Of a DNA stretch of 57,047 nucleotides, positions 28,105 through 37,377 are shown piece after piece. The notes beneath the pieces were generated by a model. It had not been told where the DNA came from and did not search any database. It saw only the letters and a program-made list of their open reading frames with translations. Position 1 is the stretch's first letter; every line of letters starts with the position of its first letter. The DNA is from a virus (lineage: Duplodnaviria; Heunggongvirae; Uroviricota; Caudoviricetes). Both the position numbers and the translations under genes were made by a program. The stretch is from IMG/VR virus record IMGVR_UViG_3300028887_000082. One strand, given 5' to 3'.

Positions 28105-29601
28105 ATGATTAATAATACTTTAGCAATTCTTTTGTGTGACACTTATAAGACTTGTCACAACCGTATGTACCCGAAGAACCTTAAGAAACTTACATCTTAT
28201 TGGGTACCCCGTAGATCAATGTTTGAGAAACCTGAAAACCAGAAGATGGTCTGGTTTGGTATGCAGGCCTTTGTCCAGGAGTGGCTCATTGACTACTTCC
28301 AGAGAAACTTCTTTGATCTTCCTCTCAACAGAGTAATGAAGGAATACAAGTTCACAATGAATATCCAGATTGGTGAGGGTAACTATGATGTTGAACCCAT
28401 TGAAAATCTTCACACACTTGGTTATCTTCCTTTGGAGATCAATGCTCTTCCTGAGGGTTCACTGGTGAATATGGGTGTTCCTTGTATTGAGATTACAAAT
28501 ACAGTTGATGGATTTGCATGGTTGGTTCAGTGGATTGAGTGTATCCTCCAGTCTGAACTTTGGAAGACTTCAAACCATGCCACAATCGGTCATATGTACT
28601 ACAAGTTGGCAAAGTACTGGTATGACAAGTCTGTTGATGACAACATTGATCCGCGAAATGCATTCGCAGATTTTGGAATGAGAGGTATGTCTTGTATGAA
28701 TGAGGCTGTCCGCTGTTCAGCAGCCTGGCTTCTCTCATCAAACAAGACCAGTACCATAGCAGCAATTCCTTATCTGGATGAGTATTATGATGCAGACTGT
28801 TCATTCAACCATATAGGTGTTGGCGCAGTTTCTACTGAACACTCTGTAATGGGTGCCAACTATGCCCTTGATGGTGATGAGAGAACCTTTGTAAAGAGAC
28901 TTCTCACTGAACTATATCCTACATCAAGTTTCTCAATGGTATCTGATACCTATGACTACTGGAATATGGTAGAGAACATCATTCCTTCACTCAAGGATGA
29001 GATTCTTGCACACAAGGGTAAACTCCTTATCCGCCCTGACTCTGGTGACCAGTATGAGACCACAGTTGAGACTGTCCAGAAACTCTGGGATTCTTTCGGT
29101 GGTACTGTCAACAGTAAGGGTTACAAGGTACTTGACTCACACATTGGTGTAATCCTGGGTGACGGATGTACTCTTAATGTACTCCGCAAGATCTGGAAGG
29201 AACTTGACCGTCGTGGATTTGCCGCCAACAATGCCATCTTTGGTGTGGGTGCTTTCTGCTTCACTGCAATATTTGAGGGTGACAAGATGATTGTCAACAC
29301 CAGAGATACCTATGGTTGTGCTTGTAAGGCTACCTATGGTGTATTTGGTGACCAGGAACTCAAAATCTATAAGGATCCCAAGACTGATACATCACATCTC
29401 AAGAAGTCTCACAGAGGTCTTGTATTTGTGGAGAAGGTTGATGGTGAATATATCTACAAGGATGACATGCTTCAGGCAGAATATGATGAGTATGCAAAGA
29501 CTCACAAGTCAGCTCTGAGAACAGTCTTCAAGGATGGTAAGATGCACAACCGTGAGACCTTCACAACTATCCGTGACCGTCTCGCTAATGAAAAGGATTA
29601 A
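28105..29601 (+). CDS. nadV: nicotinamide/nicotinate phosphoribosyltransferase family (NAMPT / possible Namat)
   Basis: CDTYKTCH, DFGMRG, STEHSV, VSDTYD, IRPDSGD, FGVG. Confidence 0.9.
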   Translation: MINNTLAILLCDTYKTCHNRMYPKNLKKLTSYWVPRRSMFEKPENQKMVWFGMQAFVQEWLIDYFQRNFFDLPLNRVMKEYKFTMNIQIGEGNYDVEPIENLHTLGYLPLEINALPEGSLVNMGVPCIEITNTVDGFAWLVQWIECILQSELWKTSNHATIGHMYYKLAKYWYDKSVDDNIDPRNAFADFGMRGMSCMNEAVRCSAAWLLSSNKTSTIAAIPYLDEYYDADCSFNHIGVGAVSTEHSVMGANYALDGDERTFVKRLLTELYPTSSFSMVSDTYDYWNMVENIIPSLKDEILAHKGKLLIRPDSGDQYETTVETVQKLWDSFGGTVNSKGYKVLDSHIGVILGDGCTLNVLRKIWKELDRRGFAANNAIFGVGAFCFTAIFEGDKMIVNTRDTYGCACKATYGVFGDQELKIYKDPKTDTSHLKKSHRGLVFVEKVDGEYIYKDDMLQAEYDEYAKTHKSALRTVFKDGKMHNRETFTTIRDRLANEKD

Positions 29602-29604
29602 GAT

Positions 29605-30138
29605 ATGGCAACAAACAGACATCTTATAGACATTTATAAGGCAATCTATCTTCTGGATGGTGTTAGAGAACCGTTTGATTTTTTCGGTCCCAACCATCCG
29701 AAGATTGGTGATAAGGTAAGTCCAAGTATTTACTTCTCCTATGACTTCACATATAAGTTAGACAAGATTCCACATAATTGCAAACTCACCAAGGAAGACA
29801 TCCTTTCAAATAAATGGGTTTGTACAAAAATCCGTCAGAAAGACTATCACTCATATGTGACTTTCAGATCAGTTGACAAGATTGATGGAAAGAGAAGGAA
29901 TATTACATATACTGATGAATATGGTCTGACCTGTGAGATTGTGGATATGCCGGAGAAGGCAAAACTTATCATTGACTATAAGAATGGTAAGTACACCAGA
30001 ATTGAACTGTTCAGGATATTCCAACAGAAGGGTTATACAGCCAGTGTATTCTTCACCTCATTACTTGGTAGTCTGGAAATGAATGCTGAGGAATATCTCC
30101 AGGTGATTGATGAACTTAATAAGGAGGGTAAGATATGA
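29605..30138 (+). CDS. hypothetical protein
   Basis: Operon packing. Confidence 0.7.
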   Translation: MATNRHLIDIYKAIYLLDGVREPFDFFGPNHPKIGDKVSPSIYFSYDFTYKLDKIPHNCKLTKEDILSNKWVCTKIRQKDYHSYVTFRSVDKIDGKRRNITYTDEYGLTCEIVDMPEKAKLIIDYKNGKYTRIELFRIFQQKGYTASVFFTSLLGSLEMNAEEYLQVIDELNKEGKI

Positions 30139-30650
30139 TTAAAGAAGTTGAAGGCAATTTATTAACATATCCTGGTCTTGAAGTTATAGGGCACCAGGTT
30201 AACTGTTTAGGAATAATGGGTGCAGGAATAGCAAGACAAATCAAGGAGAAGAATCCGGAACTGTATAAGGCATATGTCTGGTTGTGTAAGGATGGTGTTG
30301 AGACTCCTGACCCCCACAAACTGTTGGGAAGAATCCAGATTGTCAAGACAGATGACGGTAAACAGTATGTTGCCAATCTCTTTGGTGAGTATTCTTTCTG
30401 TGAGAGTGTCGCACCATATGAGGAGGGTGGAAAACCCAGACACACTGATTATGATGCTCTGAAGGAATGTCTTCACAGACTCCACACCTGGATGGTCCTG
30501 AATGACATTGAGAAAGGTGGACTTCCTGATCATATAGGATGTGGTCTTGCTGGTGGTGATTGGAATGGTGTTGTCTATCCTATGATTAAGAAAGAGTTTG
30601 AGGAGGATGAAGACATCACAATGTACATAGTAAAATACAATAAAAGATAA
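30135..30650 (+). CDS. macrodomain (ADP-ribose binding/hydrolase) protein
   Basis: EGNLL, HQVNCLGIMGAGIA, VANLFG, IGCGLAGGDW. Confidence 0.9.
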   Translation: MIKEVEGNLLTYPGLEVIGHQVNCLGIMGAGIARQIKEKNPELYKAYVWLCKDGVETPDPHKLLGRIQIVKTDDGKQYVANLFGEYSFCESVAPYEEGGKPRHTDYDALKECLHRLHTWMVLNDIEKGGLPDHIGCGLAGGDWNGVVYPMIKKEFEEDEDITMYIVKYNKR

Positions 30651-30655
30651 AGAAT

Positions 30656-31444
30656 ATGGAAAATTATAGTTTTAATGTAGAAAAGGTAACCAGGGATTGT
30701 ATCCAGTGGATTAAGGATTGGTTTGAAAAGAATGGCCCTGGATGTAATGCAATTATAGGAATGTCAGGTGGAAAGGACTCCACTGTCACAGCAAAACTTT
30801 GTGTAGAAGCTCTTGGTGCAGACCGTGTAATTGGTATTTCACTTCCAGATGGAAATCAGGGTATCAATGATGCAGACAAGATTTGTGCGCATTTCGGAAT
30901 GAGATATATGATAGCAAATATTGGTCCTGCATGTGATGGTATCAGAAACCTTTCTATTGTTGACAATGGAATGGTCAAGAATGGTATGTGGACTGAACAG
31001 GCAGAACAGAACCTTCCTGCAAGAATTAGAATGACAATGCTTTATGCAATTGCACAGACCAACAATGGTAGAGTTGCAAACACCTGTAACCTCTCTGAGG
31101 ACTATGTAGGTTATGCTACCCTGTATGGTGATTCTGCCGGAAGTTTTGCACCCCTGTCACATCTGACAGTAACAGAGATTTACCAGATTGGTGACTATCT
31201 TGGTATCCCTTACCAGTGGGTTCACAAGACTCCTGATGATGGTCTTCCCCATTCTTCATCTGATGAAGAGAAGTTTGGTTTCACATATGCTGAACTGGAC
31301 AAATACATCAGGGAGGACATCATGCCGATAGGTAAGTGCAGTAACTCAAATGAGTTCAAGTTTGACAAGATCAAGAGGATGTATGAGAAGAATAAGTTTA
31401 AGACTGAAATCATCCAGATCCCTTGCTTTAAACCTGTCTTTTAA
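30656..31444 (+). CDS. nadE: NH3-dependent NAD+ synthetase
   Basis: GMSGGKDS, NLPARIRM, TCNLSE..VGYATLYGD. Confidence 0.92.
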   Translation: MENYSFNVEKVTRDCIQWIKDWFEKNGPGCNAIIGMSGGKDSTVTAKLCVEALGADRVIGISLPDGNQGINDADKICAHFGMRYMIANIGPACDGIRNLSIVDNGMVKNGMWTEQAEQNLPARIRMTMLYAIAQTNNGRVANTCNLSEDYVGYATLYGDSAGSFAPLSHLTVTEIYQIGDYLGIPYQWVHKTPDDGLPHSSSDEEKFGFTYAELDKYIREDIMPIGKCSNSNEFKFDKIKRMYEKNKFKTEIIQIPCFKPVF

Positions 31445-31448
31445 ATAG

Positions 31449-31474
31449 AAAGTGGGAGTAATATCCCACTTTTT
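31449..31474 (+). terminator. intrinsic terminator
   Basis: AAAGTGGGA/TCCCACTTT plus T-tract. Confidence 0.75.
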
Positions 31475-31515
31475 CCATAAATACCATAAAATTTACATTT
31501 ATAATCGTTAATGTT

Positions 31516-31932
31516 ATGGAACTTAATGAGTCTATAAATGAGTCCGGATGGTCTGAAGAAGATGAATCAAATTTCAAGAAATTGGATGATGATTTGTGGA
31601 CTTTCTTTTCCTGGCATATGAAAGACCCATCAGGTGTAAATGGTGTCCCTGATATTTCAGTTAGTATCAGTGGTTTAATAAATGACACATTATCAAGGTA
31701 TTATCCAAAATGTGATACCAGGGAAAATTTGAGAAATGTCATTAATGAACTATATGTAAGGGAAGTCAGAATAAACATCAGTCCCAGAGAAAAGACTGAA
31801 TACACCCCATACAGCGAAAAGGAATTGATTGAACTTGTAAGGGGGAAAGTGGTAGGTGGAAAACGGTGCGAAATATACGGCGTAACGAAAGATGGAGAAA
31901 CAATTCACTTAAAATATGAGTGGGTAGTATAA
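31516..31932 (+). CDS. hypothetical protein, possible internal head protein
   Basis: Own CATAAATA (31476-31483) and own terminator; N-terminal LNESINES. Confidence 0.7.
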   Translation: MELNESINESGWSEEDESNFKKLDDDLWTFFSWHMKDPSGVNGVPDISVSISGLINDTLSRYYPKCDTRENLRNVINELYVREVRINISPREKTEYTPYSEKELIELVRGKVVGGKRCEIYGVTKDGETIHLKYEWVV

Positions 31933-31960
31933 AAAGAGGTTCAAATGAACCTCTTTTTTT
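31931..31960 (+). terminator. intrinsic terminator
   Basis: AAAAAGAGGTTC/GAACCTCTTTTT plus T-tract. Confidence 0.8.
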
Positions 31961-31969
31961 ATTGATTTA

Positions 31970-32001
31970 TTTGGATTTCTGACATAAAATTGTTATCTTT
32001 G
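31970..32001 (+). promoter_or_regulatory. Bacteroidota sigma70-type promoter
   Basis: TTTG (31970) - 20 nt - TATCTTTG (31994). Confidence 0.75.
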
Positions 32002-32024
32002 TATAGGATAAACATGATCAATCT

Positions 32025-32381
32025 ATGACTATAAATGTTAATGAGGTTGTATATAGTCCTGGAGAAAAGGATTATATTAGAGAAAAAGAATATGAATTGG
32101 AGATTCCGGATGGGAAAATCTTTGATAAGATAACCATAGATTCTCCAACCTATTGGTATGCAACAATAGATGGAAAACTGTTCAAGTCTGACCAGGGAAA
32201 TGGTGTAAAGTCTATCCTGTTTTCTTCAAAGGAGACTCTTACTCAACGTCTTGCAGAAGCTCTTTATTGGAGAAAGGGACTTATCCCCAGGATTGGTCAG
32301 GGTGTCGGTTATGACACTGATGATTTCTATGAGAAACTTGTCAAGACATTCAATGTTGAATTCAAAACAGTACAGTTCTAA
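32025..32381 (+). CDS. hypothetical protein
   Basis: First ORF after promoter. Confidence 0.7.
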   Translation: MTINVNEVVYSPGEKDYIREKEYELEIPDGKIFDKITIDSPTYWYATIDGKLFKSDQGNGVKSILFSSKETLTQRLAEALYWRKGLIPRIGQGVGYDTDDFYEKLVKTFNVEFKTVQF

Positions 32382-32713
32382 TGGATAAGTTGACTGAATT
32401 TATACATGATCTCCTCAGAAGGGGTATGCATATATCCGGTGTCAGTCTCCGGGGTGGAGTGTTGGCATATGACCTGGAAGGATTTGCCAAATCCGGACAT
32501 GGCACACTTTTTGTTGAGGATGATGTGATAAAACTGGAGACCAGATATAATCAGATAGATGAGATTCATTCCCTTTCTGACCTGGTTAGAGTTGCTTATG
32601 ACTGGGATTGTGGATATTGCAGTAAAAACAGCATATACACAGTCTATGGGGTCAGAAATGAGTGGAGAAAACTTTATGAGGAATTTGGTTACAACACAGA
32701 TAATCTGAGATAA
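32381..32713 (+). CDS. hypothetical protein
   Basis: TAATG overlap. Confidence 0.75.
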   Translation: MDKLTEFIHDLLRRGMHISGVSLRGGVLAYDLEGFAKSGHGTLFVEDDVIKLETRYNQIDEIHSLSDLVRVAYDWDCGYCSKNSIYTVYGVRNEWRKLYEEFGYNTDNLR

Positions 32714-32714
32714 T

Positions 32715-34583
32715 ATGGACAACAAGCAGTTATACGACCAGGCAAAAGAGGCCTATTACAATGGTGAACCTATTATGACTGACCTTGAGTTTGATGAACT
32801 TGAGGAGGAACTCGGTTTGGAAAACAAGGGATATGTGGGTACACATCATCAGAAGTCATATACGGTGAAACATCCTTTCCTTATGGGTAGTCTCTCCAAG
32901 ATTCAGATCAAGGAGAAGGAAGACCATACAATACCCTGGATGTTTTATGATCATGAAATAATAAAATACCTCAAAAAGGCAAATGGTTATTTCTCACGGG
33001 GTTGGTTCTATGAGGTAACCCCAAAGTATGACGGTTGTTCCTGGGAGGCAGTCATTGATCCCAAGGGAAACCTGGTATCTGTTTCCACTCGTGGAGATGG
33101 TGAATGGGGAAAGGACATCAAGGTCTGGTTTGAGAATGAATGGAAGACCAACTATGAACCTTATGTAATGGATTATTACAGGTCAGCACTGGATGAACAG
33201 AGTTATTTCTTCCTCAAAGAGTTTGTAGTAAGAGGTGAGTGTCTGGTAAAGAAGTCCACCTTCCGGAATAAGTATGCAAAGGAGTTCACCCTTCCCCGTA
33301 GTTTTGTAGCAGGAGTACTTGGTCAGGACTGGGAAGGAAATGATGACCAGATGGAAATGAGAAATGACCTCTCCTGGGTTGCATATGACTTCCGTGAGGT
33401 GTATGAGAACGGTACCATCATTGAACTCGGTTACACAAAGTATGATGAACTCTCCAAGTACACTCTGGGTAACAGACCTGATTTCATCATCACTGATGCA
33501 AGTATAGACATTAAAAACCTATATGATATCTTCGAGAAGGTCAGAAGAGACAGTGAGTTTGCACTTGATGGTTTTGTGATAAAACCAGGCACCAAGTTCA
33601 GACTCCAGGATGGAGAGAGAACAAGACAGGAAGATTGTGTTGCTATCAAGTTCCTTCCTGAAATTGTGGATGCAGAACTTATTGATGTTGAATGGAATGT
33701 AGGTAAGACTGGTGAGTATTACCCCACAGGTATTCTGAAGGAAATCATCATTGGTGGTAAGAAGAATGACAGGGTGAGTCTGTCAAACTATGGAAATATC
33801 ATTAAGAACAATATAGGTATAGGATCCCATTTGAAGATCTCACTGGCAGGTGACATCATACCTTACTGCTACAAGGTGGTGACCGGAGGTGAACCTGTGA
33901 AACTTCCTGAAGACTCTTATATTGATGGTGTTCACCTGATGAAGACATTGAGTCAGGAACAGAAGACATTCATCAAGTTCATCAACTCTGTCAATGTACT
34001 CAAACCAGATGGCATAGGTGAGAAGGTGGCAGAGAAACTCTTTGATCTCTTCCCGACAGACAACATTGTTGACTTTATGTTGTTCCCGGAAAGATGGGCA
34101 CCACAGTTGGATGACAGTAAGTCTTCACAGAACATCATCAACTCCATAGAGGAGAGAAAGAAGACTCTGACTCTTCCTGACCTTATACAGTCAATGGGAT
34201 TTGAGAACTGTGGTGAAAAGAATGCACTGTGGTTGGCAAAGAAGTTCTCTGGACTGACTGTTGATTCAAAGGGTATTCCCACAGCAATCATTGATTTGAG
34301 TGAGGACAGTAAGTACCAGTTCAATGTTTCCTATATGGTGAAAATGTTGGGTATCAAACTCCTGGAAGAGACAAAGACTGACGGTATTCCTGTCATCCTT
34401 ACAGGTAGTCCCAAGGAGTGTGGATATAACACCAAACTGGACTTCCTCAAGACTCATCCTGAATTCATAGAGACAACAAAGTGGAATGAGTGTAAGATTC
34501 TCTTTACTGATGACCTCAATTCCACCAGTTCAAAGATGGAGAAGGCAAAGAAACTTGGAATTGAAATAAAAAGATATATTTGA
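32715..34583 (+). CDS. ligA: NAD+-dependent DNA ligase
   Basis: MTDLEFD, MGSLSKI, KYDG, TRGDG, VRGE, DGFVIK, AIKF, GDIIP, C-terminal BRCT-like. Confidence 0.9.
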   Translation: MDNKQLYDQAKEAYYNGEPIMTDLEFDELEEELGLENKGYVGTHHQKSYTVKHPFLMGSLSKIQIKEKEDHTIPWMFYDHEIIKYLKKANGYFSRGWFYEVTPKYDGCSWEAVIDPKGNLVSVSTRGDGEWGKDIKVWFENEWKTNYEPYVMDYYRSALDEQSYFFLKEFVVRGECLVKKSTFRNKYAKEFTLPRSFVAGVLGQDWEGNDDQMEMRNDLSWVAYDFREVYENGTIIELGYTKYDELSKYTLGNRPDFIITDASIDIKNLYDIFEKVRRDSEFALDGFVIKPGTKFRLQDGERTRQEDCVAIKFLPEIVDAELIDVEWNVGKTGEYYPTGILKEIIIGGKKNDRVSLSNYGNIIKNNIGIGSHLKISLAGDIIPYCYKVVTGGEPVKLPEDSYIDGVHLMKTLSQEQKTFIKFINSVNVLKPDGIGEKVAEKLFDLFPTDNIVDFMLFPERWAPQLDDSKSSQNIINSIEERKKTLTLPDLIQSMGFENCGEKNALWLAKKFSGLTVDSKGIPTAIIDLSEDSKYQFNVSYMVKMLGIKLLEETKTDGIPVILTGSPKECGYNTKLDFLKTHPEFIETTKWNECKILFTDDLNSTSSKMEKAKKLGIEIKRYI

Positions 34584-34584
34584 T

Positions 34585-35025
34585 ATGAAGAAAACAACAG
34601 CAGCAATAGTTATGATTGACAGAATGGGAAACATTCTGGGTTGTCATGGCACAAGTAAGCCTGAAAATACAGGATATGATTTTCCCAAGGGTTGTGTTGA
34701 CGAAGGTGAAACAGACATCGCAGCTGCAATTAGGGAACTCAGAGAGGAGACAGGTCTTGTTGTATCTGAATCTGATTTGATTGATGCAGGAACATATCCT
34801 CATAACAGGGAAAAGAATATTCACATCTTCATCTGCAAGATGAATGTATTACCTAATACAGCAACCCTGAAATGTACATCCTATTTTGAAACGCCAGATG
34901 GAAAAAGACTTCCTGAAATGAATGGTTTCAAAATCATCTCCAAAGAGGAGAGAGGTATGTTCAACAAGGTGTTGCAGAACAAATTTGATATTATAGACTC
35001 ATACAATGAGAGAAAAGATTTATAA
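34585..35025 (+). CDS. NUDIX hydrolase
   Basis: Nudix box GCVDEGETDIAAAIRELREETGL. Confidence 0.9.
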   Translation: MKKTTAAIVMIDRMGNILGCHGTSKPENTGYDFPKGCVDEGETDIAAAIRELREETGLVVSESDLIDAGTYPHNREKNIHIFICKMNVLPNTATLKCTSYFETPDGKRLPEMNGFKIISKEERGMFNKVLQNKFDIIDSYNERKDL

Positions 35026-35179
35026 AATAACCCCAGATAATGGTTCAGAACCATACTATATGATAGCGGTTAAGAAACACTGGTGGTCACCTTATGAACT
35101 ACAACCACATTTCTGGAGATATGGAGATGATGGAAAAACATTGTATCTTTGTGAATATGCATCAGTAAATAGAGTATAA
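35006..35179 (+). CDS. small hypothetical protein (57 aa, absent from ORF track)
   Basis: MREKIYKITPDNGSEPYY...ASVNRV*, fills gap between NUDIX and next gene. Confidence 0.55.
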   Translation: MREKIYKITPDNGSEPYYMIAVKKHWWSPYELQPHFWRYGDDGKTLYLCEYASVNRV

Positions 35180-35182
35180 ATT

Positions 35183-35395
35183 ATGGAAGATTTTATCAAA
35201 TCATTAAAGATCTTTGAGAAGTATTGTGATGACTATCACAAGCGGTATCCATTCTGTTGTGATCATGACATCATCATATTCAATGGAGCTGGAAAAGATG
35301 ATGTAAGTAAGGAAGATAAGGAAGAGTTGGAAAAACTTGGGTGGATACCTTTTGATGATTTTGGATTTTGTTCACACAGATTTGGAAGTAACTGA
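35183..35395 (+). CDS. hypothetical protein
   Basis: CDHD..., LEKLGW pattern; operon packing. Confidence 0.75.
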   Translation: MEDFIKSLKIFEKYCDDYHKRYPFCCDHDIIIFNGAGKDDVSKEDKEELEKLGWIPFDDFGFCSHRFGSN

Positions 35396-35396
35396 T

Positions 35397-35555
35397 ATGA
35401 AGATTAAGGAGATATATAAGATATTCAGATTTTTGAGAAAGAGCAAATCCTGTCTCATTCTCAAGGATGATTTTCAACTTGGTTTCTTTGGTGAAACTGA
35501 TGAGAAAATGATGAAGTTCAATGAAGAGATTTTAAAGATTTCAATCAAGAAATAA
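35397..35555 (+). CDS. small hypothetical protein
   Basis: Start moved to ATG 35397. Confidence 0.55.
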   Translation: MKIKEIYKIFRFLRKSKSCLILKDDFQLGFFGETDEKMMKFNEEILKISIKK

Positions 35556-35989
35556 TGGAACACACTATTACAGAATTTAAGGAATGGCCGGAAGGTCTGG
35601 AAGTGAGTTACCATGACTGGGTGATAAAGACATCAAAGGAAGAGATTGCCAGGAAACTTGGGTTCAAACCTGTTTACAAGAGGGGACCAAAATGTACATA
35701 CACCTGGAAGTGTAACCTTGACAATGGCAGATATTTCTTCACCATTTATGATATGTCATATGGTAGAAGACTTGGTAAGAATGACGTCACAGAATATCAT
35801 ATTGGATTTGATTGTACTTATGATGATGTACATCAGTTCTGGCCTAACAAGTTGGAGGCCTTGGATATGTTGGAGGCCTTGGATGAGATTGGTCTGACAC
35901 CTTGTCATTCTGACCTATGGACAAAATTACATGCCACAGGGGCACTCAAGAAAATAGAAGAACTAATCAGAAAGAATTTATGGAAGTAG
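35555..35989 (+). CDS. hypothetical protein
   Basis: The only plausible CDS in the window that ends in TAG. Confidence 0.7.
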   Translation: MEHTITEFKEWPEGLEVSYHDWVIKTSKEEIARKLGFKPVYKRGPKCTYTWKCNLDNGRYFFTIYDMSYGRRLGKNDVTEYHIGFDCTYDDVHQFWPNKLEALDMLEALDEIGLTPCHSDLWTKLHATGALKKIEELIRKNLWK

Positions 35990-36486
35990 TACAAAGTTTC
36001 ACAATTGATCACACAAACCTCAAACCTGGTATCTATATATCCAGGGAAGACCAGTGGTTCACAACCTTTGACATAAGGATTACTGAACCCAATAAGGAAC
36101 CGGCAATGGCACCGGCTGCCATACACAGTCTTGAACATCTGATGGCAACCTGGTTTAGGAACAATGTTGACATCAAGGGAGATGTGGTCTATGTAGGACC
36201 TATGGGTTGTCTGACGGGAATGTATGTCATTATGTCAGGTGTTCCAGGTTCGTATACTGTTGAGGATATGAGAGAACTGGTGATTGAGTGTCTCAAATGG
36301 ATCCTTGAACAGGATGAAGTACCGGCAACAACACCAGAGACCTGTGGAAACTATCTGCTCCATGACCTGCCAATGTGCAAGTGGGAGTGTAGAAGGTATC
36401 TGTCAAGACTGATGACTGATTTCCACAGTGAGTATAAGAGACTTGATGTTACCCTCCCTGATGGAAGGAAATTTGCGGATGCATAA
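35977..36486 (+). CDS. luxS: S-ribosylhomocysteine lyase
   Basis: SFTIDHT, HSLEHLMA, GPMGCLTGMY, CGNY..HDL; start ATG 35977. Confidence 0.92.
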   Translation, partial: FMEVVQSFTIDHTNLKPGIYISREDQWFTTFDIRITEPNKEPAMAPAAIHSLEHLMATWFRNNVDIKGDVVYVGPMGCLTGMYVIMSGVPGSYTVEDMRELVIECLKWILEQDEVPATTPETCGNYLLHDLPMCKWECRRYLSRLMTDFHSEYKRLDVTLPDGRKFADA

Positions 36487-36499
36487 AATTTAGAAGACA

Positions 36500-37009
36500 A
36501 TGATTAAGATATTACCTCTTGAAGAGAACAATGAAAATGTAAAACCATATTACAGGTTGGTAGTAACCCTTGGATATGGTGAACATTGTGATGACACTTT
36601 CACTCATTCCTGGATGGAAATTGATGATGAAAAGGCAATCAAGTATGACTCCCTTTCTGATGAAGAGATTGAGGATATGGATTTTATGGAATTACAGGAA
36701 TTGTCTGATTACATAACCCAATATGAGGCAGAAAGTATTGTCAAGTTTGTCAATTCACTGTGGGAAAGAAAAAACAAGGATGGTTATAATGTAGATCATA
36801 TAGTCCTGAATGACGGATGTGATTCATTCTGGTGGAAAGATCGGGCAGGAATGACAAACAAGGAATATAAATGGTTTTCTGATATCTATCAGAAATATCA
36901 GAGTAATCTTTTCAATCCGGAAATAGAACACAACTGGTATGGTGTTGTTGGTGCCAAGATTGAATATATTGACTGTCACAATAAGGTCCATAAATGTGAG
37001 GTTGTATAA
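36500..37009 (+). CDS. hypothetical protein
   Basis: Operon packing. Confidence 0.7.
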   Translation: MIKILPLEENNENVKPYYRLVVTLGYGEHCDDTFTHSWMEIDDEKAIKYDSLSDEEIEDMDFMELQELSDYITQYEAESIVKFVNSLWERKNKDGYNVDHIVLNDGCDSFWWKDRAGMTNKEYKWFSDIYQKYQSNLFNPEIEHNWYGVVGAKIEYIDCHNKVHKCEVV

Positions 37010-37338
37010 TGGAAAGGATTATCGCGGCCGCATATAAGGTCAAACCTGAATTCATCTGTAATGATGGTGGTGTAAGAAAAACAACCATTCCGGAAAGAGA
37101 TGACATCTACCAGTGCAGGATTGGAAGACACCATGCTGAAATCATCCACATCTGGGGTAAGGAAATAGATCATGATACTGATGGTTTTTACACATCATAT
37201 GGCAGATGGGTGGATAGGAAAGAGGCAGCCAGGATCGCCCTTGAAAGTGGACAGATAAAAAAGTGTCATTACTTTGGTGGTGAAGAACTTGACAGTAGTG
37301 ATATCTTTGATTTGGATTATGATGGAAATATGTTATGA
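37009..37338 (+). CDS. hypothetical protein
   Basis: IGRHH, GFYTSYGRWVDRKEA pattern. Confidence 0.75.
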   Translation: MERIIAAAYKVKPEFICNDGGVRKTTIPERDDIYQCRIGRHHAEIIHIWGKEIDHDTDGFYTSYGRWVDRKEAARIALESGQIKKCHYFGGEELDSSDIFDLDYDGNML

Positions 37339-37377
37339 AACATATTCCAAAGAAGTATAAATTAATTTAAATAATAT

